A stretch of 17,658 bases of DNA from Thermodesulfobacteriota bacterium (GTDB lineage: Bacteria > Desulfobacterota_D > UBA1144), in the NCBI GenBank assembly GCA_029246845.1, contig JAQWMJ010000007.1, positions 1-17,658 on the forward strand, read 5' to 3'. Positions 8,277-16,452 of the stretch are shown here, in pieces. The translations under genes were made by a program, and so were the position numbers. The notes beneath the pieces were generated by a model. It did not search any database, was not told the DNA's origin, and was given only the letters and a program-made list of their open reading frames with translations. The first letter of the stretch is position 1; each line of letters begins with the position of its first letter.

Positions 8277-9503
8277 ATGAAACTATCATACATAATTGAT
8301 AATATCATTGAAGCTAAGACAAACCTTTTAAGAAACATGCCTAGAACTATTCTTACTTCACTCGGGATAGTAATTGGAATAACTTCGGTAATCATTCTTG
8401 TTGCAATTACAGATGGGGCCAAGAATATAATTGAACAACAACTAGTTAGCCTAGGAGCCAAGACAATAGTCTTAAAACCAATAGGTAGGACAGCTAGTGG
8501 TGTTTATAGGGGTCAAGCAGCAGATTTCACACAAAACGAGCTAAAGTTAATGAGAGCCATACCTTCTGTTGAATATGTGTCACCCATAGTTAAAACTTCC
8601 AATCAAATATCTTATAGAGACATAGTTCAGGTAGTTGCGGTTGTTGGAAGCAATGAAGATTTTTCTTTAATAAATGATTGGCCGACTGCTTCTGGTGCTT
8701 TTATCAATAGGATTGATGTTCAAGATGGAGCTAAAGTTTGCGTGCTTGGAGCATCAGTTCAAAAAAGGTTCTTTGGTGCAGAAAAATCAGTTGGAAAGCA
8801 AATTAGAATTGATGGAATCTCTTTTAGAGTTATTGGGCATCTAAGTGAAAAAGGTCTAACACCTGGAGGTAGAGACCAAGACGACTTCATACTTATTCCC
8901 TACACTTCATTAAATAGGTGGGACTACAAGGGTCAACTTTATGGAATAAGTAATATAATTATATCTACAACCAAAACAACTAATGTTGAATATGCCAAAT
9001 TTGCAATAAGAAAAATGCTTAGAGAGCAAAGAGGGCTATTAAAAGATCAGTTCGATAATTTCCAAATGGTATCTTACGAAAATGTAACAAAAAAAATTCT
9101 TCAAACAACAACTATATTAAAAGTTTTATTGTCAGCTATAGCTTCAATATCATTGGTTGTTGGAGGAATAGGAATAATGAACGTAATGTTGGTCTCTGTA
9201 ACTGAACGGACAAAAGAAATAGGTATCAGAATAACTATCGGTGCTACAAGAAAAGATATAATCTTCCAATTCCTTTCGGAATCTGCTCTTTTATCCTTTT
9301 TTGGTGGCGTAGTGGGAATCTCTCTTGGCTATACTCTCAGCCAAGTTGCGTCAAGTTTTGTAGGTTGGCCGGCAATCATTAGTACAAAATCTATAGCTGC
9401 GGCATGTATTTTCTCGGCATTTATTGGAATATTTTTTGGAATTTATCCTGCCTATAAGGCAGCAAAACTCGATCCAATAAAAGCAATAAGGAACGAAGAA
9501 TAA
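8277..9503 (+). CDS. ABC transporter permease, MacB/FtsX (type VII) family
   Basis: RTILTSLGIVIGITSVI TM1, large periplasmic domain, ISLVVGGIGIMNVMLVSVTERTKEIGIR, QFLSES, FFGIYPAYKAAKLDPIKAIR. Confidence 0.95.
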   Translation: MKLSYIIDNIIEAKTNLLRNMPRTILTSLGIVIGITSVIILVAITDGAKNIIEQQLVSLGAKTIVLKPIGRTASGVYRGQAADFTQNELKLMRAIPSVEYVSPIVKTSNQISYRDIVQVVAVVGSNEDFSLINDWPTASGAFINRIDVQDGAKVCVLGASVQKRFFGAEKSVGKQIRIDGISFRVIGHLSEKGLTPGGRDQDDFILIPYTSLNRWDYKGQLYGISNIIISTTKTTNVEYAKFAIRKMLREQRGLLKDQFDNFQMVSYENVTKKILQTTTILKVLLSAIASISLVVGGIGIMNVMLVSVTERTKEIGIRITIGATRKDIIFQFLSESALLSFFGGVVGISLGYTLSQVASSFVGWPAIISTKSIAAACIFSAFIGIFFGIYPAYKAAKLDPIKAIRNEE

Positions 9504-9697
9504 TGATAAAAATCATATCTAGGTATTTTAAGGGATTTATTTTTCTTACTAACAGTATCAATAGAACTAAATCAATTAAAAAAATCCCTTTATTTCTTCT
9601 AACTTTAGCAATATATCCGATTTCCTTATTTGTTATACTACTTCTTTTCTTATTCTCAAAAATAAGTATCATTTTATTTAAGATATTTAATAGGTAA
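9503..9697 (+). CDS. Small hypothetical membrane protein, 64 aa
   Basis: TAATG overlap with the permease stop; ends 5 nt before the uppS ATG. Basic N-terminus then a hydrophobic stretch IPLFLLTLAIYPISLFVILLLFLF. Confidence 0.55.
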   Translation: MIKIISRYFKGFIFLTNSINRTKSIKKIPLFLLTLAIYPISLFVILLLFLFSKISIILFKIFNR

Positions 9698-9702
9698 GAA
9701 AA

Positions 9703-10407
9703 ATGAGCAACCTTCTTCCAGAGCATATAGCAATCATAATGGATGGCAACAGAACGTGGGCTAAGGAAAATAATCTTTCCACTATAAAAGGGCATGAAAA
9801 AGGGCTCGATGTAGCTAAAGCAATTTGTATCTACTGTAATAGAATAGGAATAAAAAATTTAACTTTATATGCGTTCTCTATTCAAAACTGGACAAGGCCG
9901 AAAATTGAGATTGACGCCCTTTTTAATTTATTTATAGAGTTTTTTGATAATAAAAGCCAATTCTTTCATGATTATAATTTAAAATTTAATCCTATAGGTA
10001 GGATAGATGACCTACCAAAAGCTATTGCTAAGAAAGTTTATTCACTGGAAGAATCTACACAAAGTAATTTAGGAAGTTGCATAAATGTTGCAATAAACTA
10101 TGGAGGTAGAGAAGAGATGATAGATGCAGCCAAAAAGGTTGTCGAAGAAGGTCTCTCTATTGAAGAAATTAATGAGGAATCAATGAAAAGTAATTCTTAC
10201 CTACCTAATACACCTGAACCAGAATTGCTAATAAGGACTGCTGGATATTCAAGAGTATCAAATTTCCTCTTATGGCATATAGCTTACTCTGAGATTGATA
10301 TTAATAAAAAATTATGGCCAGACTTTACAGAAGAAGACCTTGAAAAATCATTAAATATTTACAAATCTATAGATAGAAAATTTGGCGGAAGCTCTAAGAA
10401 TGATTAA
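9703..10407 (+). CDS. uppS: cis-prenyltransferase (undecaprenyl diphosphate synthase family)
   Basis: PEHIAIIMDGN, GH, TLYAFS..NW.RP, NYGGREE, LIRT.G..RVSNFLLW..AYSE, LWPDF, RKFGG; adjacent to dxr. Confidence 0.93.
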   Translation: MSNLLPEHIAIIMDGNRTWAKENNLSTIKGHEKGLDVAKAICIYCNRIGIKNLTLYAFSIQNWTRPKIEIDALFNLFIEFFDNKSQFFHDYNLKFNPIGRIDDLPKAIAKKVYSLEESTQSNLGSCINVAINYGGREEMIDAAKKVVEEGLSIEEINEESMKSNSYLPNTPEPELLIRTAGYSRVSNFLLWHIAYSEIDINKKLWPDFTEEDLEKSLNIYKSIDRKFGGSSKND

Positions 10408-11548
10408 AAAAGTCAGCATTTTAGGCTCTACTGGCTCTATTGGCGAACAAACTTTATCTGTAATCGCTAAGAATAAAGAAAAGTTTAATGTTCATTCACT
10501 TTCGGGTGGGGAGAATATAAATCTACTATTAAAACAATCAGCAGACTTTAAGCCTAAGATAATATCAGTGCGTAAAAAGGATGACGCTTTAAAGTTAAAG
10601 AAAAACCCCTTGCTTAGGAAGATAAAAATACTCAATGGAGATATCGGTCTTAAAGAAATTGGTCTATCAAAAGAAGCAGATATTTTAGTTTCTGCAACTT
10701 CTGGAGTGAGCTCTTTAATACCTACATTAGAATTCCTCAAGTTAGGTAAAAGAGTCTGTGTAGCAAGTAAGGAAATATTTTTACTACTTGGTAATAAGAT
10801 TACTGAGGTAGCAAATAAATATTCTGGGGAAGTCATACCAATCGACAGTGAACATTCTGGGCTTTTCCAGCTGATAAAAAATGAAGATGTCTCAAATATT
10901 AAGAGAGTTTTTCTAACTGCTTCCGGCGGACCTTTTTTTGGCAAAAAGAATGAAGAACTAAGAGATGTAACACCTAAAGAGGCATTAAATCATCCAACAT
11001 GGTCAATGGGTAACAAGATTTCAATTGATTCTGCAACTATGATGAACAAAGCTATAGAAATCATAGAAGCCTCAATAATGTTTAATATTCCCCATCAAAT
11101 AATACACCCAATTATTAACAGAAAAAGTCATATTCACTCCATTGTTGAGTTTGTTGATGGCAACATAGTATTTTCTGGTAGCTATAACGATATGAGAATT
11201 CCAATTGGTTACGCACTAAATTTTCCAAATAGGTTAAGCTCAACAAAATATAAATTTCATCCTGGGGAGACTATGAATCTAATTAAAATCAACGAAAAGA
11301 CCTATAAAGCTTTTAATTTAGCTAGGAAATCCTTAGATATTGGAGGAAGCATGCCTGCTGTTATGAACGCAGCAAACACTGTTGCAGTTGAGGCTTTTTT
11401 AAACAATAGAATTAAGTTTACTGATATATTAAAGATTGTAGATAAAACAATGAAAAAACATAAGCCTATTAAGAAAATTAATTTAAAAAACATTATGAAT
11501 ATAAATGAAATCGCATTGAAAGATGCGTATAATATACTCAACAAGTGA
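10400..11548 (+). CDS. dxr: 1-deoxy-D-xylulose 5-phosphate reductoisomerase
   Basis: Start at ATG 10400 (MIKKVSILGSTGSIG). PIDSEHS, LTASGGPF, HPTWSMGNKISIDSATMMNK..E..EA, DMRIPI, NAAN. Confidence 0.95.
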   Translation: MIKKVSILGSTGSIGEQTLSVIAKNKEKFNVHSLSGGENINLLLKQSADFKPKIISVRKKDDALKLKKNPLLRKIKILNGDIGLKEIGLSKEADILVSATSGVSSLIPTLEFLKLGKRVCVASKEIFLLLGNKITEVANKYSGEVIPIDSEHSGLFQLIKNEDVSNIKRVFLTASGGPFFGKKNEELRDVTPKEALNHPTWSMGNKISIDSATMMNKAIEIIEASIMFNIPHQIIHPIINRKSHIHSIVEFVDGNIVFSGSYNDMRIPIGYALNFPNRLSSTKYKFHPGETMNLIKINEKTYKAFNLARKSLDIGGSMPAVMNAANTVAVEAFLNNRIKFTDILKIVDKTMKKHKPIKKINLKNIMNINEIALKDAYNILNK

Positions 11549-11554
11549 TCTTTA

Positions 11555-12871
11555 ATGACAAGTCTGATATCGTTTATTTTAATAATTAGTTTTTTAATCT
11601 TTATTCATGAGCTTGGTCATCTACTGGCAGCTAAATGGGCAAACGTTAAGGTTGAAGATTTTTCAATAGGTTTTGGACCTAAACTATTTTCATTCAACAT
11701 AGGTGAAACACGATATTCACTTTCTTTGTTGCCTCTGGGTGGGTATGTAAAAATGCAAGGGGAAGATATATCAGAAAAAAACCAGAAAGATGAGCTAGTC
11801 ACTTTAGACCCGAACAGAAGCTATAAAAATATATCGAATTTTAAGAAGCAAATAATATTATTTGCGGGCCCAGGAATGAATTTGATTCTTCCATTTATAC
11901 TTTTACCTTTTATATATATGAATGGAGTTGAAATACCTAGCTTCTTAAAGGACGAGCCTATTGTTGGATATGTAAAAAAAGACCTTAACGATCAGATCTT
12001 TCTAGTTGGGGACAAAATATTAGAAATAAATGGTACTAAAATAAATAATTGGGAAGGCATCGGAAAATCAAAGAGTGGTAACTTAACTTCTGAACAAATT
12101 GTTAAAATAGAAAGGAATGGAAAGATCAAGAATATTATATTTAAGAATTCAAATGAAAATAAAGTATTTATCCTTGATAGCATATATCCGAATCAGTCAC
12201 CTATTATAGATCAGGTACTTCCTAAGTCAGTGGCTGACGATATCGATCTGAGAAAATTTGATAAAATTTTAGAAATAAATAATTTAAAAATACAGAGTTG
12301 GTATCAAATAAGCGAAGCATTAAAAAATACAAATAGTCGAAATTTTACAATTACTATTGAAAGAGATAAAAGTACAATCGTTAAAGAAATTGTTTTCAAG
12401 GGAAAAGAAAGAATGCTTGGAATCACCCCTAATATTGAATTAATTTCAAGGGATTTCACTTTTATTGATTCCATAAATAAGGGTTTTTACGATTCTCTTA
12501 GAATGATTAAATTAATATTTAATGGAATTATGGGCCTCTTCTCTTCTTTATTCAGTAGCGATTCGAGCCTATCAGACTTAAAAAGCTCCTTAGCGGGTCC
12601 AATATCAATTGCTAAATATTCGGGATTAGCTGCTGAAAAAGGCTTTAATTCTATAATTCAATTTGTTGTTGTAATTAGCATTAACCTAGGAGTAATAAAT
12701 CTCTTGCCTATTCCACTTCTTGATGGTGGACATATATTGTTTAATACCATTGAGGTCATAACAAGAAGAAAGATAAATGTTAAAGTTCAAGACTTTATCA
12801 ATAAAATAGGTTTTGCAATTCTTATAACTTTAATGCTATTTGCTATATATAACGATATAATTAATTTTTAA
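11555..12871 (+). CDS. rseP: Site-2 intramembrane metalloprotease RseP (M50B) with tandem PDZ domains
   Basis: HELGH, FSIGFGP, PLGGYVKM, AGPGMN, two PDZ-like units (GDKILEING; FDKILEINN), GPISIA, NLLPIPLLDGG. Confidence 0.95.
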   Translation: MTSLISFILIISFLIFIHELGHLLAAKWANVKVEDFSIGFGPKLFSFNIGETRYSLSLLPLGGYVKMQGEDISEKNQKDELVTLDPNRSYKNISNFKKQIILFAGPGMNLILPFILLPFIYMNGVEIPSFLKDEPIVGYVKKDLNDQIFLVGDKILEINGTKINNWEGIGKSKSGNLTSEQIVKIERNGKIKNIIFKNSNENKVFILDSIYPNQSPIIDQVLPKSVADDIDLRKFDKILEINNLKIQSWYQISEALKNTNSRNFTITIERDKSTIVKEIVFKGKERMLGITPNIELISRDFTFIDSINKGFYDSLRMIKLIFNGIMGLFSSLFSSDSSLSDLKSSLAGPISIAKYSGLAAEKGFNSIIQFVVVISINLGVINLLPIPLLDGGHILFNTIEVITRRKINVKVQDFINKIGFAILITLMLFAIYNDIINF

Positions 12872-13560
12872 AAAAGAGTTTTAATACTTTTAAGGTCTTT
12901 ATGTATGCAAGTAATAATTGGAGTATCTTTTTCTGTATAAGCTCTTGCTCTTTGAGATCTCATTTCTTCAACTAAATCTAAAAAATCTTCAGGATAATCT
13001 GTTTCAAAAGACACCATTTGCTCTTGATCATCTAATCCAAAAGAATAAGAAGTATTAATACTAACCGAGGGGTACTTGTGTCCAGTCCCAATATGCTCTG
13101 TCATCATCTCTTGCCTTTTCTTTTTAGTTAGTAGGTACCATTCAACTTTCTTAATAAATGGATATACAATAAGATACTTTCTTTTTTTTGGAGAAATCTT
13201 AATTCTTGTTCCCTCTTGTTCAACATTTCTATTTTTACTAACATATTGAGAATGCTTTGTCATAGATAGAAATGAATACTTATTCTCTACAAACGCTCCT
13301 AAGCCTGTTCCCATAAGCTCAGAAGTCATGTCTTCAAAATCTTCAAGTCTCTCTGACACTCTCCAGAACATAAAATCTGTTTCTGCCCTCACTCCATATG
13401 TTGAATAAAAATTTAAGGTAAACATTTTCTCGTATTTTAGTAAAATTTTTTCAATTTTTTTTAAGTAAGAAGTTCTATTCTTACTAATAAGTCTATACCA
13501 ATCAGGCAATAGCTTATAAAAAGAATAGTTGATATATTGTCTTCCGCTTGGTTCTCTCAA
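12868..13560 (-). CDS. chdC: Chlorite dismutase-family protein, probable coproheme decarboxylase (ChdC/HemQ)
   Basis: YPFIK (Y-P-M/F-x-K motif), WY, EH proximal His, SFGLDD, FET, DTP. No distal Arg. TTG start 2 nt after the upstream stop. Confidence 0.75.
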   Translation of the reverse strand: MREPSGRQYINYSFYKLLPDWYRLISKNRTSYLKKIEKILLKYEKMFTLNFYSTYGVRAETDFMFWRVSERLEDFEDMTSELMGTGLGAFVENKYSFLSMTKHSQYVSKNRNVEQEGTRIKISPKKRKYLIVYPFIKKVEWYLLTKKKRQEMMTEHIGTGHKYPSVSINTSYSFGLDDQEQMVSFETDYPEDFLDLVEEMRSQRARAYTEKDTPIITCIHKDLKSIKTLF

Positions 13561-13562
13561 TT

Positions 13563-14279
13563 TTATATCACATCACCAGGATTCATAACATAGACACTAA
13601 CATCCAAGTCTTTAACCAGCTCAATATACTCTTCTGGAGTTCCTACCAAGACAGGAAAAGTTCCATAATGAAAAGGGATAACATGTTTTGCCCCTATTAG
13701 CTTTGTAGCATGAAAAGCCTCTTTAGGTCCCATTGTAAAATGATCACCTATGGGCAAAACAGCTACATCTGGTGAATAAATCTCACCAATCAGTTTCATA
13801 TCAGAGAATATTGCTGTATCACCTGAAAAGTAAATACTAAATCCATTTTTAAAGGTAAGGATAAATCCATTTGCTACTCCACCATACAACATAGACTCTG
13901 ATGAATCATCAGCTATTCCAGAACCGTGAACAGCGTTAACCATTGTTACTCTAATTTCATTATCTATAGGTTGAGTTCCCCCAATACCCATAGGTAGAGT
14001 ATTCGACACGCCTTTAGCATTAAGCCATGATGATATCTCAAGACTTGTGATTATCTTGGCATTTTTATTAAGTTCAATGGCCGAAAATAAATCTCCAATA
14101 TGATCAAAGTGGCCATGAGTTATCAATATGTAATCTATATCTTTAGGTTCTTGTAACTTTTCAGGACATGCGGGATTATTTTTAAGCCAAGGGTCGATTA
14201 ATATTCTTGTTCCAGCCTTATCATCTAAAATATATGTAGAATGACCTACATATTGAATATCTACTTCTTTATTTCTCAT
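13563..14279 (-). CDS. UPF0173-like metal-dependent hydrolase (metallo-beta-lactamase fold)
   Basis: GHS, LIDPW..NP, ITHGHFDH (HxHxDH), AVH.S, YFSGDT, LPIGDHFTMGP, IPFHYGTFP. SD-like GAGGTGG upstream. Confidence 0.92.
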   Translation of the reverse strand: MRNKEVDIQYVGHSTYILDDKAGTRILIDPWLKNNPACPEKLQEPKDIDYILITHGHFDHIGDLFSAIELNKNAKIITSLEISSWLNAKGVSNTLPMGIGGTQPIDNEIRVTMVNAVHGSGIADDSSESMLYGGVANGFILTFKNGFSIYFSGDTAIFSDMKLIGEIYSPDVAVLPIGDHFTMGPKEAFHATKLIGAKHVIPFHYGTFPVLVGTPEEYIELVKDLDVSVYVMNPGDVI

Positions 14280-14316
14280 CTTCCACCTCGGTGTATTAAA
14301 AATATAATTAAATCCA

Positions 14317-14325
14317 TGTTATGAT
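14317..14325 (+). promoter_or_regulatory. Putative extended -10 promoter (TGTTATGAT) for serS
   Basis: TGnTATGAT in the divergent gap, 30 nt before ATG 14356. An alternative TATAAT lies at 14303-14308. AT-rich context lowers specificity. Confidence 0.4.
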
Positions 14326-14355
14326 ATACGAAAAAAAAAGTGAGTTCAAATTTTA

Positions 14356-15612
14356 ATGATTGACCCAAATTTCATTTTTAACAATAAAGAATTAGTTTTA
14401 AAGAAGCTTTCTAATAAAAAATACAAATTAGACTATAATAAATTCCATGATTTATACTTACTTAGAAAGAAATCAATTCAAAACTTAGAAGAATTAAAGG
14501 CTAAACTTAATGAATTCAATAAGAAAATAACTCAACAAAAGAGAAAACCATCTAAAGACGAACTGCAAGAAATTAAAGAATTTTCTGCTCAAAGTAAAGA
14601 TGCAGATAAGATCAAAAAAGAAGTTGAGCAAGAACTGACACAATTTTTACTAGAAATTCCAAATCTTCATGATGATTCAGTTCCAATTGGAAATGATGAG
14701 TTATCTAATAAAGAAGTAAAAAAAGTAGGTGAAGTTAAGAAGAAGGATTTTCATATACTTGACCATATAGAGTTAGGAAAAAACTTAAAACTTTTTGATC
14801 TTGAGGCTGCTGCAAAAATTACTGGATCTAGGTTTAATTTATATAAGGGCTTAGGGGCTAAACTTGAAAGAGCTTTAATTAATTTTATGTTAGATGAACA
14901 CTCTAAAGAGAATTATACTGAGATATTTCCTCCTTTCATTTGCAATAAAGAAAGCTTTATTGGTACGGGAAACCTTCCTAAGTTCGAAGAGGACTTATTT
15001 AAAATTGAAGGTACAAATAATTATCTAATTCCCACCGCCGAAGTTCCATTGACTAATATACATTCAAACGAGATACTAGAATCCTCAGAATTGCCTATTC
15101 AATATGTTGCCTACAGTGCATGCTTCAGGTCTGAGGCTGGTTCCTATGGAAAAGATGTAAAAGGTCTGATAAGGCAGCACCAATTTAACAAAATAGAGTT
15201 AGTGAAGATTACTGATGAATTTTCATCTTTTGAAGAACTTGAGAAGTTAACAGAAGACGCATGTTCGATTCTTGACAAGCTAGAGCTTCCTTACAGAGTT
15301 GTTGTTCTTTCCTCAGGAGATACAAGCTTTTCATCATGTAAAACGTATGATATCGAAGTATGGATTCCTTCTGAAAATAAATACCGTGAGATTTCATCTT
15401 GCAGTAATTTCTTATCATTTCAATCAAGAAGAGCGAATATTAAATATAAAATAGAAAATAAATCAAATTTTGTCCATACACTAAATGGTTCGGGGTTAGC
15501 AGTTGGTAGAACCTTTGTAGCAATTCTAGAAAATTTTCAAAATTCTGATGGGACTGTTACTGTACCCAAGGTTTTAAGACCTTATTTAAATAATCTAGAT
15601 ATTATTAGTTAA
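14356..15612 (+). CDS. serS: Serine--tRNA ligase
   Basis: N-terminal coiled coil, IPN...VPIG, GSRF, LIPTAEVP, FRSEAGSYG, GLIRQHQFNKIE, YDIEVW.P, EISSCSN, HTLNGSGLAVGRT. Confidence 0.98.
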   Translation: MIDPNFIFNNKELVLKKLSNKKYKLDYNKFHDLYLLRKKSIQNLEELKAKLNEFNKKITQQKRKPSKDELQEIKEFSAQSKDADKIKKEVEQELTQFLLEIPNLHDDSVPIGNDELSNKEVKKVGEVKKKDFHILDHIELGKNLKLFDLEAAAKITGSRFNLYKGLGAKLERALINFMLDEHSKENYTEIFPPFICNKESFIGTGNLPKFEEDLFKIEGTNNYLIPTAEVPLTNIHSNEILESSELPIQYVAYSACFRSEAGSYGKDVKGLIRQHQFNKIELVKITDEFSSFEELEKLTEDACSILDKLELPYRVVVLSSGDTSFSSCKTYDIEVWIPSENKYREISSCSNFLSFQSRRANIKYKIENKSNFVHTLNGSGLAVGRTFVAILENFQNSDGTVTVPKVLRPYLNNLDIIS

Positions 15613-15618
15613 ATTGAT

Positions 15619-15646
15619 TTGAAATTTTAGATTTTTTGGTTAGATT
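15619..15646 (+). promoter_or_regulatory. Possible sigma-70 promoter for DUF378 gene (TTGAAA-16 nt-TAGATT)
   Basis: TTGAAA 15619-15624 and TAGATT 15641-15646; SD AAGGAG at 15663-15668. Confidence 0.35.
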
Positions 15647-15675
15647 ACACCTAAATTGCTTAAAGGAGATTACAT

Positions 15676-15885
15676 ATGAGAAATTTAGACGTTTTAGTCG
15701 CGATTTTATTAGTTATCGGTGGTTTAAATTGGGGCCTTTTTGGTCTGATTGATTTCAACCTAGTTAACTACCTTTTCTCTTCTATGCCTTCAGTTGAGAA
15801 ACTAGTATACAGTTTGGTTGGTTTATCTGCGGTTTATCAGGTTATTGGTCTTAAAGGTATACAAACTAGATGGAATGTAAAATAA
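15676..15885 (+). CDS. DUF378 (YuzA-like) small membrane protein
   Basis: LLVIGGLNWGL.GL..FNLV..LF and VY.LVGLSAVY; SD AAGGAG. Confidence 0.9.
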   Translation: MRNLDVLVAILLVIGGLNWGLFGLIDFNLVNYLFSSMPSVEKLVYSLVGLSAVYQVIGLKGIQTRWNVK

Positions 15886-15886
15886 T

Positions 15887-16441
15887 TTAGATTTTAGTAA
15901 TCTCTTCTTCTTTATTACTACTTTCTAAATTAATTATTGCTATATATTTATCGGTCAATTCTTGTATCTTGGATTGACCGTTTTTAGATTCATCTTCGGT
16001 AATATCTTTACTCTTAAGAAGTTTTTTAACACCTTCATTTGAATCTTTTCTTATGTTTCTTAAAGAAATCCTATATGTCTCAGTTTGCTTATTCAAAAAT
16101 TTTACAAGTTCAGTTCTTCTTTCTTGGGTTAAAGGTGGGATATTAATTATAATAACGGCCTTATCAACACTGGGATTAAAACCTAGGTCTGCTTTCTGGA
16201 TTCCTTTAACTATGTCATCTAAAGCATTCTCATCATACGGGGAGATGATAACTGTAGATTCCTCACTCATATTTATATTGCAAACTTGGTTCAAGGGTAC
16301 CGGTGCTCCATAGTAATCAACTTTGATATCATCAAACATTGCCTTACTAACACTTCCACCTCTAATCTTTGTCAACTCATTTTTAAATGAATCAACTCCT
16401 TTTTTCATTTTAGATTCACATTCTGATATAATAATATTCAT
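15887..16441 (-). CDS. frr: Ribosome recycling factor
   Basis: KIRGG, VDYYGAPVPLNQV, ISPYD, DLGFNP, PPLTQERR.ELVK, RNIRKD, IQELTD; follows pyrH; SD GAGG. Confidence 0.97.
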   Translation of the reverse strand: MNIIISECESKMKKGVDSFKNELTKIRGGSVSKAMFDDIKVDYYGAPVPLNQVCNINMSEESTVIISPYDENALDDIVKGIQKADLGFNPSVDKAVIIINIPPLTQERRTELVKFLNKQTETYRISLRNIRKDSNEGVKKLLKSKDITEDESKNGQSKIQELTDKYIAIINLESSNKEEEITKI

Positions 16442-16452
16442 ACTTAAACCTC

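Noticed and set aside
12868..13560. Functional chlorite dismutase (perchlorate respiration)
   Set aside because: No distal Arg, no signal peptide and no perchlorate reductase genes nearby.
13563..14279. Beta-lactamase resistance gene
   Set aside because: No signal peptide; motifs match the cytoplasmic UPF0173 family.
14280..14355. T-box or other riboswitch upstream of serS
   Set aside because: The gap is only 76 bp, AT-rich and shared with a divergent gene; no T-box motif or stable stems seen.
1966..16313. Short antisense or nested ORFs in the track (e.g. 1966-2256, 2992-3219, 3710-4633 set, 5132-5596, 6226-6507, 7216-7458, 9421-9795, 10492-10944, 15209-15427, 16053-16313)
   Set aside because: They overlap well-supported genes, have no recognisable motifs and show the composition typical of shadow frames.
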